Assembly (NCBI RefSeq): GCF_963921235.1
Contig: NC_086107.1
Location: forward strand, 95,916,001 to 95,980,000
Origin: Mobula hypostoma
Lineage: Eukaryota
Direction of reading: 5' to 3'
DNA length: 64,000 bases
The notes beneath the pieces are model-generated. The model did not search any database. It was given only the letters and a program-made list of their open reading frames with translations, and was not told where the DNA came from. Positions 61,228 to 64,000 of the stretch are shown here, piece after piece (position 1 is the stretch's first letter; the number at the start of each line of letters is the position of its first letter). A program made the position numbers and the translations under genes.

Positions 61228-63100
61228 TTGAATCAAGTTGAGTTTATTGTCGTTTAACTATATACATGAATATAACCTATATCAGGTATATAGAAACGAT
61301 TTGTTTCTCTGAACCAGGGTGTAAAACACAGTAGTACACATAACACACAACAACTTATGAAGGTACGGATAAAATCTACAGATGACTGACACATAAATAA
61401 GAAAGCATAATGTATCAATAACGTAAATATTGCCATGCACGGAACAGATTAACCAGTGACACTTTAAATGCGATAAGGCAGGAAGTTCAGAAGTCTAACG
61501 GCCTGGGAGAAGAAACTGTTTCCCATCCTGACTGTTCTTATTTTTATGTCTAATGGCAGAAAGTCAAAGAGGATGGATGGGTGGGATCCTTAATGATACT
61601 AAGGGCCGTTAAATGTCCCGATGGATAGTAGCAGGGGGGCCTCTATAATCCTCTCAGCTGTTCTCAAAATCCTTTGTAGGGACTTTTGGTCTGATGCTTA
61701 ACTGCTCCCGTACCAGATAGAGATACAACTTGTCAGGATGCTGTCAGTGATGCTCCTGTAAAACACTGTTAAGATGGGGGTTGGGAGCCTCGCTTGCCTC
61801 ATTCTGCTTAGGAAATGGAGGTGCTGCTGTGCTTTCTTGTTCAGGGAGGTCATATTAAGGGACCAGGGGAGGTCATCTGTGATGTGAATTCCCAGGAACT
61901 TAACTCTCTCTAGTGTTGGCGCGTGGCCAAGCGGTTAAAGCGTTCATCTAGTGATCTGAAGGTGGCTAGTTCAAGCCTTGGCCGAGGCAACGTGTTGTGT
62001 CCTTGAGCAAGGCACTTAACCACACATTGCTCTGCGACGACACTGGTGCCAAGCCCAATGGGTCCTAATGCCCTTCCCTTGGACAACATCGGTGGCGTGG
62101 AGAGGGGAGACTTGCAGCATGGGCAACTGCTGGTCTTCCATACAACCTTGCCCAGGCCTGCACCCTGGAAACCTTCCAAGGCACAAATCCATGGTCTCAT
62201 GAGACTAATGGATGCCTATAAACCTCTCTGCAGAGGAGCCATGCATCCGCAGAGGGGGATGGTTCGTCTGCACCTTCCTGAAGTCCACAATGATTTCCTT
62301 GGTCTTCTCCACATTCAGGGTTGGGTTGTTCTGAGACCAATCCACCAGTTGCTCCACTTGCTCTCTATACTCTGTCTTGATGCCTCAGAGATGTAACCAA
62401 AGGGATCTCTGTACAATGACCATTTCAGGCCACAGCTGTGTTTCTTGGTGCGCCGTATTCCCTTGGTAAACGTTGGCAGCTTCTAATAGGCGCGGTAACT
62501 GATTGAGGGATGCTGAGGAGCAGCTGAAGCTGAGTTTCTGCTGCAGTTCCTGTCTAGCTCTCTGTCTGCTGCCTCCTCGGTCCAGCCTTTTGGGCTGCGA
62601 CAGTGACCGTGAAGGGAGGTGGTTTACAGAGAAAAAGTAAGTGGTCAGAATATCCAAGGTGGAGGTGAGTAGCTGCTTTATATCAGCCAGGTCTAATGTG
62701 CCCCCACCTCTGGCAGCAAAGTCAACATCGTGATAGATTTTAAACAGGATTGTTTCTAAGTTAGCATGGTTGACATTGGCAGCAACAATAAAGAAACCGT
62801 CAGCATGTGTGCCGTCGTAGACCTCAAGTAGCGCTTCCCCAACTTTAGCACAGAGGGGCTGTATACAGTCACAATGATGGTGAACCCCTTCGGTAAACAG
62901 AAAGGCCAGCACCTCACCATTAAAATCTCCACCAGAGATGAACAGTGTGCCATCACTATGAAGCATTCACACTTTGCTGCTAGAGCTTGGGGCACATTAG
63001 ACCTGGTTGATACCAATATCTGTGGTACTTTCAAAGCAGCTTCTCACCCCCACCTTGGATACTCTGACCACTTACCTGTTATGCCAGTTCTTATTAACTT
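61228..63100. mobile_element. Rearranged Rex1-type LINE fragments (RT C-term; APE pieces GDFN, HLGYSDH)
   Basis: KFLGIHITDDL.W on the minus strand; GDFN and SDH motifs at 62760-63090. Confidence 0.6.
61913..62217 (+). mobile_element. Same tRNA-derived SINE family, inserted in a Rex1-type LINE
   Basis: Aligns by eye to 5900-6208. Confidence 0.85.
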
Positions 63101-63431
63101 ACATAAACAGTCCTACCCCACGGATCTTACCAGAGATTGCGGAAGTTCTGTTGGCCTGAAAAGAGATGAAACCTTCTCTGGCCTCGTGCGGTATCCTGGA
63201 GCCATGTTTCCATTAGGAAGGGCACGCAGCAGTCTCATCTCATGCTGATTCAGTTGGAGACGCAGATACTCAGTTTACTCTCTAGCAATCTGACATTTGA
63301 AAGCAGAATCGATGGGTCAACTGGACTGTAGGGTTTCGCCTTTTGTCTTGCACAAATGCCAGCATGTTTACCGTGCTTCCGTTTCTGACACCTCTACCCC
63401 TGGTGGCACCATATGCAAAAACCCATTATGC

Positions 63432-64000
63432 ACAAAGGAGCAAATTAGGCCATTCTGCCCATTGAGTCTGCTCTGCCATTCCATCACAGCTGATTTATTA
63501 TCCCTCTCAACCCCATTCCCCTGCTTTCTCCCCTGTAACTTTTGACATTCTGACTAATCAGGAATCTATCAACCTCTGCCTTAAGTACATCCAATAACTT
63601 GGCCTGCACAGTCGTCTATGGCAATGAATTCCACAGATTCACCACCCTCTGGCTGTAGAAATTCCTCCTCATCTCTGTCCAAAATGGATGTCCATTTCTA
63701 ATCTGAGGCTGTGCCCTCTGATCCTAGACTCCCGGACTGTATGAAACATCCTCTCCACATCCACTCTACATTGGCTTTTCAATATGTGATGGGTTTCAAT
63801 GAGATTTCACCCCCCCCCCCCATTCTTCTAAACTGCAGAGAGTACAGGCCCAGAGCCATCAAAAACTCCTCAGACTTAACCTTTCATTCGTGGAATCATT
63901 CTTGTGAACGTCCTCTCCAATGTCATCACATCTTTTCTTAGAATAGGGGCCCAAAACTCCAAGTGCGGTCTGACCAATGCCTTATAAAGCCTCAGCATTA
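63432..64000 (-). mobile_element. CR1 LINE 3' end, continuing off the window
   Basis: Reverse complement of a CR1 3' UTR and RT C-terminus, similar to 4530-4800. Confidence 0.8.

Noticed and set aside
60320..64000. Terminal exon and stop codon of the main gene
   Set aside because: No convincing phase-2 exon found; the region is mostly repeats, so the 3' end probably lies beyond the window

Overview
This is eukaryotic, repeat-rich vertebrate DNA. The mix of CR1, Rex1/Babar, Penelope, V-SINE and CORE-SINE repeats points to a cartilaginous fish, probably a ray (inference). Nearly the whole window is one plus-strand multi-exon gene, which the six-frame ORF track misses as a unit. It has a CpG-rich promoter and putative non-coding first exon near 400-733, a ~23 kb first intron, and 15-16 coding exons from ATG 23990 to 60319, and it probably continues past the window. 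Spliced with consistent phases, the exons give ~700 aa: a Tyr/Pro-motif-rich N-terminus, a Sec23/24-type C4 zinc finger, a vWA domain with an intact MIDAS motif, and a beta-rich region. This resembles the vertebrate 'circularly permutated Ras protein 1-like' family, but no Ras domain is visible. Other notable signals are a perfect ISRE at the promoter, a perfect RFX X-box in the first coding intron, and an RCC2-like gene fragment nested in intron 1 behind a hAT-like end. The introns also hold a Pack-type hAT element, several Penelope-borne minimal hammerhead ribozyme motifs, three G/C-skewed minisatellites and several insertions that remodel 3' splice sites. All family assignments are by eye; no database search was run.
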